From NCBI GenBank assembly GCA_044226015.1, contig JBGAHS010000002.1:497571-561570 (forward strand): DNA of 64,000 nucleotides, in the 5' to 3' direction. Positions 18,189 to 29,400 of this stretch are shown one piece after another (positions within the stretch are counted from its first letter, which is position 1; the number at the start of each line of letters is the position of its first letter). A program made the position numbers and the translations under genes. Source of the DNA: Candidatus Obscuribacteraceae bacterium. Its GTDB lineage: Bacteria > Cyanobacteriota > Vampirovibrionia > Obscuribacterales > Obscuribacteraceae. The notes under the pieces were generated by a model. That model saw only the letters and a program-made list of their open reading frames with translations, was not told where the DNA came from and did not search any database.

Positions 18189-19436
18189 TTAGACAACTCT
18201 CAGATTAGGGATCGGAATTATAAATTTTCCACCCATAGTTCTGAAGTCCTTCTGTTGCTCAAGAATCTCATCGGCAAAATTCCAGGTCAAAAGAACAACA
18301 TAATCAGGTTTGTCACTAATAAGCTTTTCGGTTCCGTAAATCGGCAAATAAGTACCCGGGGTGTAATGACCTTGCTTGACCGTGCTTCGGTCAACCACGT
18401 AATCCACGAGCTGCTTATCTATACCAAAATAATTCATCAAGGTACTGCCTTTTGCTGAGGCACCGTAAACTGCTATGCGCTTGCCTTGAGCCCTCAGATC
18501 TTGCAGCATCCTTAGCAACTCAGACTTCAAATTCTCGACCTTCCTCGAAAAACTTTGATAGTAGCGATCATCAAAAATACCATCATTTTTTTCTTGTTCC
18601 AGCAAGTTTTTCACAGCATCAGACCGGGCTTCCTTCTTCTCTATGAAGAGCCGCAGCGAACCACCATGAATCTCTAGCTGCTCTACCTCGTTGATGAAAA
18701 GCCTATGCGAACTGAACAAACTATCGAGAGCCGTCAGTGAGAAATAGCAAAGATGCTCATGATAAATGGTATCAAACTCGGTATTATCGAGCATGGGCTT
18801 CAAGTAGGGTACTTCAATGACTGCAAGTCCGTCAGCTCGAAGAAATTCGTGTAGCCCAGCAACCAGTCCATTCAAATCTGCAACGTGAGCAAGCACGTTG
18901 TTAGCATGCACAACGTCTGCCTGATGTCCTTGTGCCACTAGCTTGACCGCAAGTTCTTTGCCAAAGAAATCGCAAACAGTATTGATGCCTTTTTGCCGCG
19001 CCATTACAGCAATGTTTTGCGCCGGCTCGATGCCTAAAACATTGATGCCTTCACGCATGTAGTATTGCAAAAGATAGCCATCATTGCTGGCAATTTCGGC
19101 TGCAAGATGCTTGCTAGAGAGCTTTTTCTTCCAGAGCAACTTCATCACTAGCGACTCGGCGCTCTTCAATGTGGTATCAGCAAAAGAAGAACAATACACG
19201 TAATTCGAAAACAGAATTTCCGGCGACACAGTTTCAGTGATCTGCACCAGAGAGCAATCGGAACATCGTACAAGCTTCAAGGGAAAACGTTGTTCAAGAG
19301 CCTTCTCGGAGGGATCCTTCAAAAGCGAATTCGCAAGTGGAGTCTCTCCCAGAGACAATACTTCCTTGAGATTGCTGCCAGAGCATATACGGCAGGTGGT
19401 CTCAGTTTTTGAGGGAGCCGTGGTGCCTTTATTCAT
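18189..19436 (-). CDS. NDP-hexose C-methyltransferase (zinc-binding, TcaB9/NovU-like)
   Basis: CRIC..CSDC zinc site, EIASNDG, FDTIYHEH, HGGSLR, YGASAKG, LTWNF. Confidence 0.93.
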   Translation of the reverse strand: MNKGTTAPSKTETTCRICSGSNLKEVLSLGETPLANSLLKDPSEKALEQRFPLKLVRCSDCSLVQITETVSPEILFSNYVYCSSFADTTLKSAESLVMKLLWKKKLSSKHLAAEIASNDGYLLQYYMREGINVLGIEPAQNIAVMARQKGINTVCDFFGKELAVKLVAQGHQADVVHANNVLAHVADLNGLVAGLHEFLRADGLAVIEVPYLKPMLDNTEFDTIYHEHLCYFSLTALDSLFSSHRLFINEVEQLEIHGGSLRLFIEKKEARSDAVKNLLEQEKNDGIFDDRYYQSFSRKVENLKSELLRMLQDLRAQGKRIAVYGASAKGSTLMNYFGIDKQLVDYVVDRSTVKQGHYTPGTYLPIYGTEKLISDKPDYVVLLTWNFADEILEQQKDFRTMGGKFIIPIPNLRVV

Positions 19437-19456
19437 TTGTATAGTCCTACTTGATG

Positions 19457-20017
19457 TTAGCCGCGCATTGCAGCTTCAACTTCCATTAATTCTTTCAAAG
19501 TCGGAGACTTCTCGTCTCTGGCTGACACAACACTTACGGGAAGCGGCCAGACGATGCCGATATCGGGGTCGTCGAATTTGATGCCGCGCGCGTGCTGAGG
19601 AGAATAGATTTGACTCAACATGTAATGCACTTCAGCATTATCAGTAAGTGTTTGATAGCCGTGTGCAAAGCCTTCTGGAATGTAATACATGAGCTGATTC
19701 TCTTCGGAAAGCTCAAAGCCCTGCCACTTTTTGAATGTAGGTGAATTAGGACGCAGATCAACGATAACGTCGTAAATTGCGCCTCTAACACAACGGACCA
19801 ACTTAGTTTCAGCATACGGGGGAAGTTGGAAATGCATTCCTCTGACTGTTCCTTTCGTCTTATTGAAAGAACTGCTGGTCTGCCTGATTTGCGCATTCAA
19901 TCCATGCGCTTCAAAATCTGGAATCGCAAAGGTGGTTGCAAAATAACCACGATTGTCTTCGATCTTTTCTATTTGTACAGTGAATGCGTCTTTGAGGCTT
20001 ATTTCTTTGAAAATCAT
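19457..20017 (-). CDS. rfbC: NDP-4-keto-6-deoxyhexose 3,5-epimerase (RmlC family)
   Basis: DNRGYF, GTVRGMHFQ, VIVDLR, IPEGFAHGYQTL. Confidence 0.93.
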   Translation of the reverse strand: MIFKEISLKDAFTVQIEKIEDNRGYFATTFAIPDFEAHGLNAQIRQTSSSFNKTKGTVRGMHFQLPPYAETKLVRCVRGAIYDVIVDLRPNSPTFKKWQGFELSEENQLMYYIPEGFAHGYQTLTDNAEVHYMLSQIYSPQHARGIKFDDPDIGIVWPLPVSVVSARDEKSPTLKELMEVEAAMRG

Positions 20018-20156
20018 ATGGAATGCGTCGACAGGGAAAAAACTATAGTTTGATGGTAGTCTAAGGTCTTGCCGTGCAGAAACGCCGCCTCAGCGGGTTA
20101 AACGTGCTTAAGTCGTAAATCTGAAGCAAGTAAACGCGGCTTACGGGAGCAGAATA

Positions 20157-21164
20157 ATGAAGAGTTTCTGGACTGACAGACGGGTGCTAATCACCGGTGC
20201 CACGGGGCTATTGGGTTCATGGCTCACGAGAAGACTGATCGACAGCGGCGCTGAGCCAGTTTGCCTCGTTCGTGACTGGGTTCCACAGAGCGAATTATCC
20301 CGCGCTGGACTAATGGACCGTTGCCGAGTGGTTCGCGGCGAACTTTGTGACCTGGAGTTTATTGAACGAGTTTTAGCAGAGTACGAAATTGAGACTGTTT
20401 TCAATTTGGCTGCTCAAACTATCGTAACAATCGCCAATGCAAGTCCGTTGTCTACATTTGAATCTAATGTTCGTGGCACATGGGTTTTACTCGAAGCTTG
20501 CCGCCGGGTTCCATTCGTAAAACAAATAGTGACGGCATCTTCGGACAAAGCATACGGTGAGCAGAAGATACTTCCATATACAGAAAATATGCCACTTCAA
20601 GGGCAGCATCCCTATGACGTAAGCAAGTCATGTGCAGATTTGATTGCGCATTCTTTTGCACACAGCTACGGAGTGCCTGTAGCTATAACCAGATGCGGCA
20701 ATTTCTACGGTGGTGGAGATCTGAATTGGAATCGCATCGTCCCCGGCACTATTCGGTCAGTCTGTCGTGACGAAGCACCAATCATTCGCTCGGATGGAAA
20801 GTTTCTGCGTGACTACATTTATGTCGAAGATGGGGCTTACGCCTGCATGTTGCTCGCCGAAAAAATGGCAGAGAACCCAAAGCTGGCTGGAGAAGCGTTC
20901 AACTTCTCAACCGAGTCACCGCTCACAGTAATGGAACTCGTAGAAAAAATTCTTCGACTGATGGGCTCAAAGCTAGAGCCTCAAATTCTTTCAAAAGCCA
21001 GCAATGAAATCAGAGACCAATATCTCTGCAGCGAAAAAGCCATCAAGCTGCTTGGCTGGAAACCACAGTACAAAGTGGATGAGGCTTTACTAAAAACTAT
21101 TGATTGGTATCGCGAATTTTTCAACAGCGAAAAAAACGTGCCCGGATTAGCTCAACTCGTGTAG
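20157..21164 (+). CDS. NDP-sugar 4,6-dehydratase (CDP-glucose 4,6-dehydratase-like)
   Basis: [43 protein letters not shown]. Confidence 0.88.
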   Translation: MKSFWTDRRVLITGATGLLGSWLTRRLIDSGAEPVCLVRDWVPQSELSRAGLMDRCRVVRGELCDLEFIERVLAEYEIETVFNLAAQTIVTIANASPLSTFESNVRGTWVLLEACRRVPFVKQIVTASSDKAYGEQKILPYTENMPLQGQHPYDVSKSCADLIAHSFAHSYGVPVAITRCGNFYGGGDLNWNRIVPGTIRSVCRDEAPIIRSDGKFLRDYIYVEDGAYACMLLAEKMAENPKLAGEAFNFSTESPLTVMELVEKILRLMGSKLEPQILSKASNEIRDQYLCSEKAIKLLGWKPQYKVDEALLKTIDWYREFFNSEKNVPGLAQLV

Positions 21165-21170
21165 CCTCGC

Positions 21171-24029
21171 ATGCTTTCCGAAAAGCGCAAATCAACCTTA
21201 GCTATGATGCTTGTTATGGGCAGCATAGCGGCGTTTTTCTATAAGACCGTTTTTTTGGGAAAACCCCTGGCAAAGCTAGGACTTCTGCCCTCGCTTGATG
21301 CGATGTTTAACCCATCCCTGAGAAAAGCGATAATCGAATTCAAAGATCCATCAGGCTATCTTATTTTCTTTCCCAATGGATTTTTCGAAGAAAGCATGTG
21401 GTCGCGCCTCGTTATACCAATGTGGAACCCGCTTGTTGGCTGCGGTTACCCGCTGTTTGGCGACCCTCAATCATTCCTATTTTCTCCGGCTCATCTCTTG
21501 GGACTGTTCTCCAGCCCTGATATGTACAACCTGGGATTAGTACTTGAGATAGCACTCGGCGGAGCAGGCATGGTGGTGCTCAGCCGATTCCTAAAGCTAT
21601 CACTGCCTGCAAGCGTACTGGCGTCCCTGGCATTTGCTTTGACACCACGGGTACTGGCACAAGTTGACATAGGCGGAAACGAGTGTTTCTGCCCCTGGAT
21701 ATTCCTGGCATTCTTCTGGCTTGCCGCCAAGCCTGGTTTGCTCAGAGCCGCGCTGGCAGGTCTGGCAGCTTCGCTGCTCGCCTTTTCTGCGCATCCAGAA
21801 ACGGTATTTTTTGAAGTGTTTTTTTCAGCGATGCTGTCATTTTTCACAATGGCGATTGCCGATACTAACAGCACAGACAGTCGATTAACACTGCTAGCAA
21901 AAATTGCAAGAGCATCAGCGCGCGCATTAGGACTGCTTATGGTATCAGCTGTAGTATCAGTCACCGTGGCGTCACCGCTGCTCTTACCCTTTGCCGAGTT
22001 TTTGCGACACGCAACTTTATACAAAGAAAGTGCTGGCGATGGTTCAAGTGGCAGCAATCTCAAAGAATACATGCAGGGCTTTTATTTTGGCTTCGGACGT
22101 GAACCGTTTTTTCTTGGCTCGATAACTGCGCTTTTGTTTCCCCTGGGAGCTTTCGCACCGTACAAGCGAGCACTGCCGCTCATGCTCTGCGCATTATTTG
22201 GATTCATCATCTGCGTTCCACAGGGATTTGTTCTCGATTTTATTTCGCAAAAACCAATCAGTTACGTTAACACCATATACGCCATTCCTCCTCTTCTGCT
22301 TGTGCTTTCCTTACTAGCCGGCATGGGTCTTGATGCACTCTCTGAAAAGCACTCCAAGAAAAAAACGCTGGCATTTTTTATAGTTCTATTTCTGAGCCTA
22401 ATTCTCTGCGCTGCTTATCCAATTTATGAACAAGAGAGACAAATGGCCTCTCATGACCTCGCCTTGCTCTGGAAGAATGCACGTAATGCTCTTACTGCCA
22501 CTTCAATCTTTGCCACAATTGCTGCCGTTCTCTGCATTCTGCTCGTAAAAGCGCAGAAATTCAGAACCATTGCAATCATGGTCCTGGTAAGTTTGAACTT
22601 TGCCAGCCTGGCGATGATGTGCAGAAACATACTGCCTGTGAATCCGAAGTTCGATTTCACAGCCCCAGCACCTCTGGCATATTTGCGCGATCAAAACGCG
22701 AGGACCGTCTGCACCGGTACAAACTTCCTCCTGCCGAATTCCAATGCCGACTTCGGACTTCAGGATATTCGCTGTTTCAGCCCGCTTCTACCTACCCGCT
22801 ACATGAGGTTCATCCGCGCCTGCAATGCGCAGGTTTATAATCTCTACTTCTATGCATTTCCCGATAACTGCTCACGCCTTTTAGACCTCGCAAGTGTGAA
22901 ATACATTTGCACCCGAAATGGCATCAAAGGATATGATGACCTTATGGACCCGGCGCTAAAGTTAGATGCCCCAACAGGAATGCGCATTTTACCTGGCTTG
23001 CGCATCAGTGAAAGTTCCTACTATTTTGACTCCGAAAATTCCCAACTAGATATTCACCTGAAATGGAAAGTACACGACAATTGCAATAACAGGTACTCCA
23101 CTCAGTTTGTTGTGTTAGACAAGAGCGGAAAAGAACTCTGGTCAAGCAAAGAATTCATCAGTGCCCCGGCAGATAGCAAAGGGCATTATCGCGACGACAA
23201 TACATCAATTCCTATAGCACAGAATGCAGAGCTTCCTGCACGGCTCTGCTTGCGAGTCACTGACACTTGGATTTCACAGGCTATCGAACCCGATGCAATG
23301 TGCAAAAGCATTAAGCACTTGTTCTTACTCTGCGAACTGCCCAAAGTGAAAGCTCAGAGCAAGATTCCAAAACACTTCAGACTAGCTCGCGAATTCACTG
23401 CAAACTCCTGCCGAATTTACGAAAACCAGAAAGCCCTTCCCCCAGCCTATCTAATCTTCAATGCTAAGCACCACAAACGCAATGACGAAGGTTTGTTGAA
23501 AGAACTGGATGCAGAGGGCTTCAACCCACAATCAACCGTATTACTAGAAGACTCAACAAGCGAAGCAGAAGCTAATGCTAAGAACCAAACGGAAGAAACA
23601 TCGCCTCGTCGCTTACAGCCCTTGGAACTGAAGCGCATTGATTGCAACACACTACTGATTACTTGCGAAGCACCAGAAGACGCTTATCTGGTACAAACTG
23701 ACAATTTCTATCCAGGGTGGAAATGCTTTGTCGATGGAAAAAATACAGAGATCATTCAAGCCAACTATCTGTTCCGAGCTATTCGCCTTGGCAAAGGCAA
23801 GCATGAAATCAGATTCGCATTCATGCCCACCGGCTTTTTTGGCAGCATCTGTGTTTCGCTGACTCTTATTGCTGCAATAGCAACACTGGCTTTTGTCAAC
23901 AGAAGAAAATTGTTTACCAGTGATAATGAATCTTCAGCTCATCTGGCTAGCGAAAGCTCAATGACAAACTCTCCAAATCAAAAGGACACAGACTCTGCAC
24001 AAACTGCGCAGACACCACAGATTGAATGA
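21171..24029 (+). CDS. YfhO-family membrane protein (putative GT-C glycosyltransferase)
   Basis: PMWNPLVGCGYP, many TM helices, C-terminal DNFYPGWKCFVDG..ANYLFRAIRLGKGKHEIRFAF. Confidence 0.9.
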   Translation: MLSEKRKSTLAMMLVMGSIAAFFYKTVFLGKPLAKLGLLPSLDAMFNPSLRKAIIEFKDPSGYLIFFPNGFFEESMWSRLVIPMWNPLVGCGYPLFGDPQSFLFSPAHLLGLFSSPDMYNLGLVLEIALGGAGMVVLSRFLKLSLPASVLASLAFALTPRVLAQVDIGGNECFCPWIFLAFFWLAAKPGLLRAALAGLAASLLAFSAHPETVFFEVFFSAMLSFFTMAIADTNSTDSRLTLLAKIARASARALGLLMVSAVVSVTVASPLLLPFAEFLRHATLYKESAGDGSSGSNLKEYMQGFYFGFGREPFFLGSITALLFPLGAFAPYKRALPLMLCALFGFIICVPQGFVLDFISQKPISYVNTIYAIPPLLLVLSLLAGMGLDALSEKHSKKKTLAFFIVLFLSLILCAAYPIYEQERQMASHDLALLWKNARNALTATSIFATIAAVLCILLVKAQKFRTIAIMVLVSLNFASLAMMCRNILPVNPKFDFTAPAPLAYLRDQNARTVCTGTNFLLPNSNADFGLQDIRCFSPLLPTRYMRFIRACNAQVYNLYFYAFPDNCSRLLDLASVKYICTRNGIKGYDDLMDPALKLDAPTGMRILPGLRISESSYYFDSENSQLDIHLKWKVHDNCNNRYSTQFVVLDKSGKELWSSKEFISAPADSKGHYRDDNTSIPIAQNAELPARLCLRVTDTWISQAIEPDAMCKSIKHLFLLCELPKVKAQSKIPKHFRLAREFTANSCRIYENQKALPPAYLIFNAKHHKRNDEGLLKELDAEGFNPQSTVLLEDSTSEAEANAKNQTEETSPRRLQPLELKRIDCNTLLITCEAPEDAYLVQTDNFYPGWKCFVDGKNTEIIQANYLFRAIRLGKGKHEIRFAFMPTGFFGSICVSLTLIAAIATLAFVNRRKLFTSDNESSAHLASESSMTNSPNQKDTDSAQTAQTPQIE

Positions 24030-24095
24030 AGATATCCGATAATCAGACAGACAGACAAAACACCAAACTTAAGCGTCAAAACGACAAAGGCCGAA

Positions 24096-25244
24096 ATGGA
24101 AGCGACAATAACACCGATAGTTTCAATCGTAATGATTGCCTACAACGACGGGCGGTATATCGCTGACATTCTAAATAGCATTCTGGCACAGACCTTTTCA
24201 AACTTTGAAATTATTCTGATAGACAACTCTTCAACAGACAACACAGCTGAAGTCATAGCAGGTTTTTCCGACCCGCGCCTACGCTCCTTCAGAAATGAGA
24301 ACGTCGGATTAAGTGAGGGCTACAACATCGGTATTGCAAAAGCACGAGGCGAATACATTGCCATCTCTAATGCCGACGATTTGTGGAAAGCTCAGAAACT
24401 CGAAAAACAACTTGAGCTAATGCAGGACGAAAGCGTAGGCGTCGTTTTTTGCACCGCAGATCTCATAGACGACAACGGCAGACAACTCTCTGATGAAGAG
24501 GCTAAAAACTATCCCTTCAACTTCGAAAACAGAACGAGCGAAGAGAACTACCAGCGTCTATTTTTCAATTCAAACTACTTCTGCGCACCTAGCGCTCTCA
24601 TTAGAAAGGAGCTTCTACAGCAGCGCCCATTTGATGCAATGCTGATTCAATTACAAGACTTCGAAATGTGGTTACACCTGGTGCAGAAGAAGGCGTTCAA
24701 AACCGTGCAAGAATCCTGCTTCCAATACCGAGTCAGGCTCGATGGATCAAATCTGAGCTTGAGCCAGAAAAACAAAAGTCGAGTAGCTTTTGAGCTGGGA
24801 ATAGTCTATCGCCATTTCTTCGATAATGTAGACCAGAACTTCTTCAAACGTGCATTTGCCAGCCACCTTCGCAACCCTGACTTCAACAGCACAGAAGAAC
24901 TAGAGTTTGAAAAGGGCTTCCTCTATCTAAAGATGCAACACCCCGCAATTTACGCTCTTGGTCTTGAAAAACTCTACGAGCTAATGTCAAATCCAACAAG
25001 CAGAAAATTTGGCGAAGAAAGATACAAAATCAAAATGAGAGATGTCTGGGAACAGGCTCTGCTGCCAGTCTACAACGACCCAGCTCAGTTCCACGAAACG
25101 GTCAATCAGCTTGAGCGCCTAAACGCCGAGCTAAAATGCGCACAAAATGAATTGGCTCAAGTCAAATCGACGATGAATGCTATCACCAGTGGAAAGTTCT
25201 GGAAATTAAGAGAAAAGGTTTACAGACTGCTGGGAAAATCTTGA
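24096..25244 (+). CDS. GT2 glycosyltransferase with C-terminal coiled coil
   Basis: VSIVMIAYN, DNSSTD, NADD, QDFEMW, and tail SGKFWKLR. Confidence 0.93.
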   Translation: MEATITPIVSIVMIAYNDGRYIADILNSILAQTFSNFEIILIDNSSTDNTAEVIAGFSDPRLRSFRNENVGLSEGYNIGIAKARGEYIAISNADDLWKAQKLEKQLELMQDESVGVVFCTADLIDDNGRQLSDEEAKNYPFNFENRTSEENYQRLFFNSNYFCAPSALIRKELLQQRPFDAMLIQLQDFEMWLHLVQKKAFKTVQESCFQYRVRLDGSNLSLSQKNKSRVAFELGIVYRHFFDNVDQNFFKRAFASHLRNPDFNSTEELEFEKGFLYLKMQHPAIYALGLEKLYELMSNPTSRKFGEERYKIKMRDVWEQALLPVYNDPAQFHETVNQLERLNAELKCAQNELAQVKSTMNAITSGKFWKLREKVYRLLGKS

Positions 25245-25299
25245 CAAGCCCATCTACAGTCAGCGCCAATCAGAGCCTTCAGGCTACGGCGCAGCCCTA

Positions 25300-26235
25300 C
25301 TAGCGCGCCATTTGGGGCGGGCGGCTCTTTCCTTTGCGCCACCATTCCATACTCAGACGCAATCCATCTTCCAGACTATACTCAGGTTTGAATTTCAATT
25401 CATCCCTTAAGCGGGTAATATCCGCCACTACAAGCGGTGCCTCATCCTGCTCGATCTTTGCAAGATCATGATCTAACAAATACTCTTTATCAATTAACTT
25501 TCCGATCAATTGCGTCAGGTTCTTTATGCTAATAGATTCTCCCGAAGCTATATTGACGGCTCCTTGAACGCGAGAATTCAGCAACATAGTGAACGCTCTT
25601 GCCACATCGTTCACATACATGAAGTCCCGCTCTTGCGATCCTTCACTACAATGAGCAACCTCATCTGAGAGTAATGCATTAATGACGTATGGAATGACTC
25701 GACGCTTGTCTTCTCCCGGTCCATAAAGCCAGAAAATTCTTCCCCACGCAAATTCTACACCAGACATAGTGGCATTTTGCTGAGCCGTCTGAAATAGACT
25801 TGATTTACACTGCCCATAGAGAGTAGCAGCATTCAAAGGACTGCTCTCAGACAGCCGACCCGATTCCCAGTCATATTCAGCACAACTACCCGCCCCAACA
25901 AATCGCTTTCCGCCCGACTCCGTAAAAATTTTTAGTAAGTGGACGCTGCCACGCAACCATTCCCAATTCAGTCGTGAGTCCCAGAATTTGCCGGGCTCCG
26001 TATACCAGGCTAGGTGCAGCAACTGAGTACACCCTAAATGTCCAATTACCGAACTAACTTCCTTTGGCTCAAGCAAATTGACTCTATGCCAGTTCAGTCG
26101 ATCTCTCTGAGGCAAGGAAGATTGCTTCTGCTCATTGTTGTAGAGCGCATGAATGGTGTAACCAGCTTCCAGTAAGTGCTCAATACAGTGCTTACCAATA
26201 AACCCGTTAGCGCCTGTCAGTATGACTGATTCCAC
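25300..26235 (-). CDS. NAD-dependent epimerase/4-ketoreductase (CDP-deoxysugar synthase-like)
   Basis: TGANGFIG, HLAW, GSCAEY, YGQCK (YxxxK), YGPGE, RDFMYV. Confidence 0.88.
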   Translation of the reverse strand: MESVILTGANGFIGKHCIEHLLEAGYTIHALYNNEQKQSSLPQRDRLNWHRVNLLEPKEVSSVIGHLGCTQLLHLAWYTEPGKFWDSRLNWEWLRGSVHLLKIFTESGGKRFVGAGSCAEYDWESGRLSESSPLNAATLYGQCKSSLFQTAQQNATMSGVEFAWGRIFWLYGPGEDKRRVIPYVINALLSDEVAHCSEGSQERDFMYVNDVARAFTMLLNSRVQGAVNIASGESISIKNLTQLIGKLIDKEYLLDHDLAKIEQDEAPLVVADITRLRDELKFKPEYSLEDGLRLSMEWWRKGKSRPPQMAR

Positions 26236-26408
26236 TGTTCATCCTTTCAGATTATCTTCCAGGGACTCCAAAGCCATTACTTTAACAGAAAGAGCCCATT
26301 AAAAGGCATATACCCTCTACAGTCCACGATCATGCAGAAAGCAAATAGCCTGCCTAGCAAGATATTCCTGAGCCACGACTCAAAAACCGGATAGTACAGA
26401 AGACACTA

Positions 26409-26435
26409 AGAGCCCCCACTTTAAGTAGGGGCTCT
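26409..26435 (-). terminator. Stem-loop downstream of the giant Gly-rich protein gene
   Basis: AGAGCCCC-CACTTTAAGTA-GGGGCTCT, 24 nt past the stop. The U tract is weak. Confidence 0.5.
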
Positions 26436-26459
26436 CCAGAGTTTGAAATAGATGCAGAA

Positions 26460-29400
26460 CTAGTTCAGATATCCTTTGAATTGACCTTTACGAGAAGTCA
26501 AAACATGCAGCACGGCAGCATTCTTAGCTATTCTAGCGTGCAAGCGCCTCTCTTCGGGGCTTCCAGAAGTCGAAAGCCTCTTCAAGACCGGCAGATGCGT
26601 ATATGCCGAAGGTATTGAGTAATCACTTACAAGCACACGACTGCCATTTTTCGTGCTCGTTTCAGTCTGGCTGCGCACTGCAAGATTGGGCAACGGGGTG
26701 ATGTCTTTCCAAGAACGTTTATCACTTGCCTGACTAACCACAAGCTGCTCTCCAGCTCGCAGATGGAATTCCTGTCCATCGACCAGAACTGCAATATCAC
26801 CATTTGCAGAATCATGAAGCCCTAGAACCGCGAATTGCTCTCCTTTCGAGATTAAGAAAGCAGCAGCTCCTTTTGCAACATAAACACGCGATTTTCCGAT
26901 GCTAGCATTGCTTTCATGCGACTCAGAGCCGAGCAGCACGTTTTCAAACGGCAAACTCTCATCCTGAATTGTAAGTCCAGCATTTTGCACGAAGGCTACT
27001 GGTCTAAAATTCGCAGCTCGAGATGATTTGAGATACTCAATTCGTTCTCTCATCTGCGGAAGCGCAGCAATATTTCTTCTGCTCTGGCGCTTAAGAGGAC
27101 GCCAGAAATCAGAATTGTCATCGGAGTCGTCCATTGTGGTGCGCACCGCTCCGGCAGCTCCGTTAAAGCCAGGACCGCCATTGCTACCTGAGACACCCGA
27201 TGGGAATCCTGACCCTCCACTGCCTCCAGAACCGAAATTTGGAGAAGCGAGGCCAAAAGACACAACAGCTAATGATGCTGAAGCAGTTGGAATGACTACC
27301 ACTCCACCGTTGCCCCCCGAGCCAGCGTTGCCGCCGTTGCCTCCATTGCCACCCTTGGAAATCGACCCAGAGCCGCCTCCGCCACCACTGGCACCGTCAC
27401 CACCGGCGCTTCCGATGGCATTAATAGTGATACCTGGTCCAGCGGAAATCTTACCACTGACCACAAATACACCACCGTTGCCTCCGCGCCCCCCGGTTCC
27501 ACCGACTCCACCGATAGCCCCAGATGGACCCGAACCTCCAGCTCCACCAGTCGCGGCAGTTCCAGCAACCCCACCATTAGCCAGGAGGTTACCGTTCAGG
27601 GTCAATGTTCCGCTCTTTCCAGGGTTAAGCGTTACGTTCCCCCCGGTACCACCGGTGCCACCATTACCTCCTCTGCCGCCGACACCACCTGATGTGAGTG
27701 CGCCAACACCGCCGTTGCCTCCGATGGAAGCATCCCCTCCAAGACCGCCACTCGCATCAAACGAAAATGTATTTATGTCGGCATTAGTTGAGAATGTTAC
27801 GTTGCCGCCGTTGCCTCCAGCACTTCCGGCACTTCCAGAACCTCCGGCTCCGCCTAGACCGGCGGTGCCATCACCCCCAGCTCCAGCCGTAGCAGCCCCG
27901 AGCGCACCAAATCCACCCGTGTTTGTGACAGTAAACACCGTGATTTTCCCTGTGGTGCTTGTTACATTAATGATACCACCTAAGCCACCAGCACCCGAGG
28001 TCAAAACCGCACCACCAGCGCCACCACGAATACCCGTTTGACCAGCTCCAGCACCTCCAGCGATGACACCAGCCCTGCCTCCGGCCGCTTCCAGATCAAT
28101 ACTTGAAATAATTCCTGTAGTCGTCTTATAAGTTATTGTTCCGCCCTTCCCACCGGCACCAACTCCAAGATATGCACCACCAGCACCACCTGTCGAAGTG
28201 GCGACCAAACCGGAATTACCACCGGCTCCGCCTACGGAGTCAGAATTTCCTGAGGCTCCACCCACAGCTTCAACGGCACCAGTAGCAATCTTGCCAGTAG
28301 TAGTAGTGATTGACAAAATTCCGCCGGCGCCACCATTGCCAGTTCGACCGGAAGCCCCTCCAGCACCGCCGGAGCCGCTACTAATGGAATCACCACCAGC
28401 ACCACCTGAAGAGGAAGGCGCCTGACTACCACCACTACCACCTGAGACATCCAAGTTTGCTGTTCCGCCGAAACCTACAGTAGTCAGGGAAATTGTGAGA
28501 GTCCCACCTTTGCCACCCGCACCACCATTGCCGGCTGAACCTCCAGCGCCTCCGGTTCCCTGATTGGATATACCACCGTCTCCACCGATGAAGACACCTC
28601 CACCGCCGGCGCCACCGGTTGCATTGACAGTGGTAATGTCTGGCGCTCCGAGAGCCAAAATAGTGATGGAACCGCCAGCACCACCAACTCCCCCAGAGCC
28701 GCCTGCCGAACCAGCAGCGGCATTGCCTTTCTCTACACTACCTGCACTACCGCCATCTGGTGTAGATGAAGGACCTAGACCAGTGGAACTGCCGACTCCG
28801 CCAGACGCATCCAATGAACTAGAGGGCATTCCAGTGAGACTTCCTTTCAGAGCACTGATTTTGATGGTACCGCCAGCGCCACCAGCGGCACCAGCACTAC
28901 CGGCGCCACCAGTTGTAGCTTTAGCGCCCGAAGGCGTCAAAAAGCCACTATTGCCTCCGTCGCCACCCCGTCCTAGAATCTGCCCTGCGGCACCGCCAAC
29001 ACTGCTGATGGTCACACTGCTTAAGCCATCCACACTTGAGACATTGGACTTAGTAGAAGTGATAGTGACAAGTCCTCCAGCACCTCCAGCACCGGCGCTT
29101 GAGGCTGCGCTACCATTGGCAGCACTACCAGTCGGATTGACCACGTTACCGCCATCGCCACCCCTTCCGGCGGCGTCACCACCAGCTCCTCCTGAAGCGA
29201 ATATGCTGCCCAGCGAAACCGTAGAAAGAGCAGTCAATGTGACACTACCAGCACTGCCGCCTTTTCCCGCAGCTTGGGAAGTTCCAGCAACGCCACCAGC
29301 ATTGTTTCCATTACCACCATCGCCAGCATCGTTGTTTGCGCCGCCAATTCCTCCCGATGTGTTTATGGTATCAAGAATGAGTGTTCCTGCTCCAGTGTTA

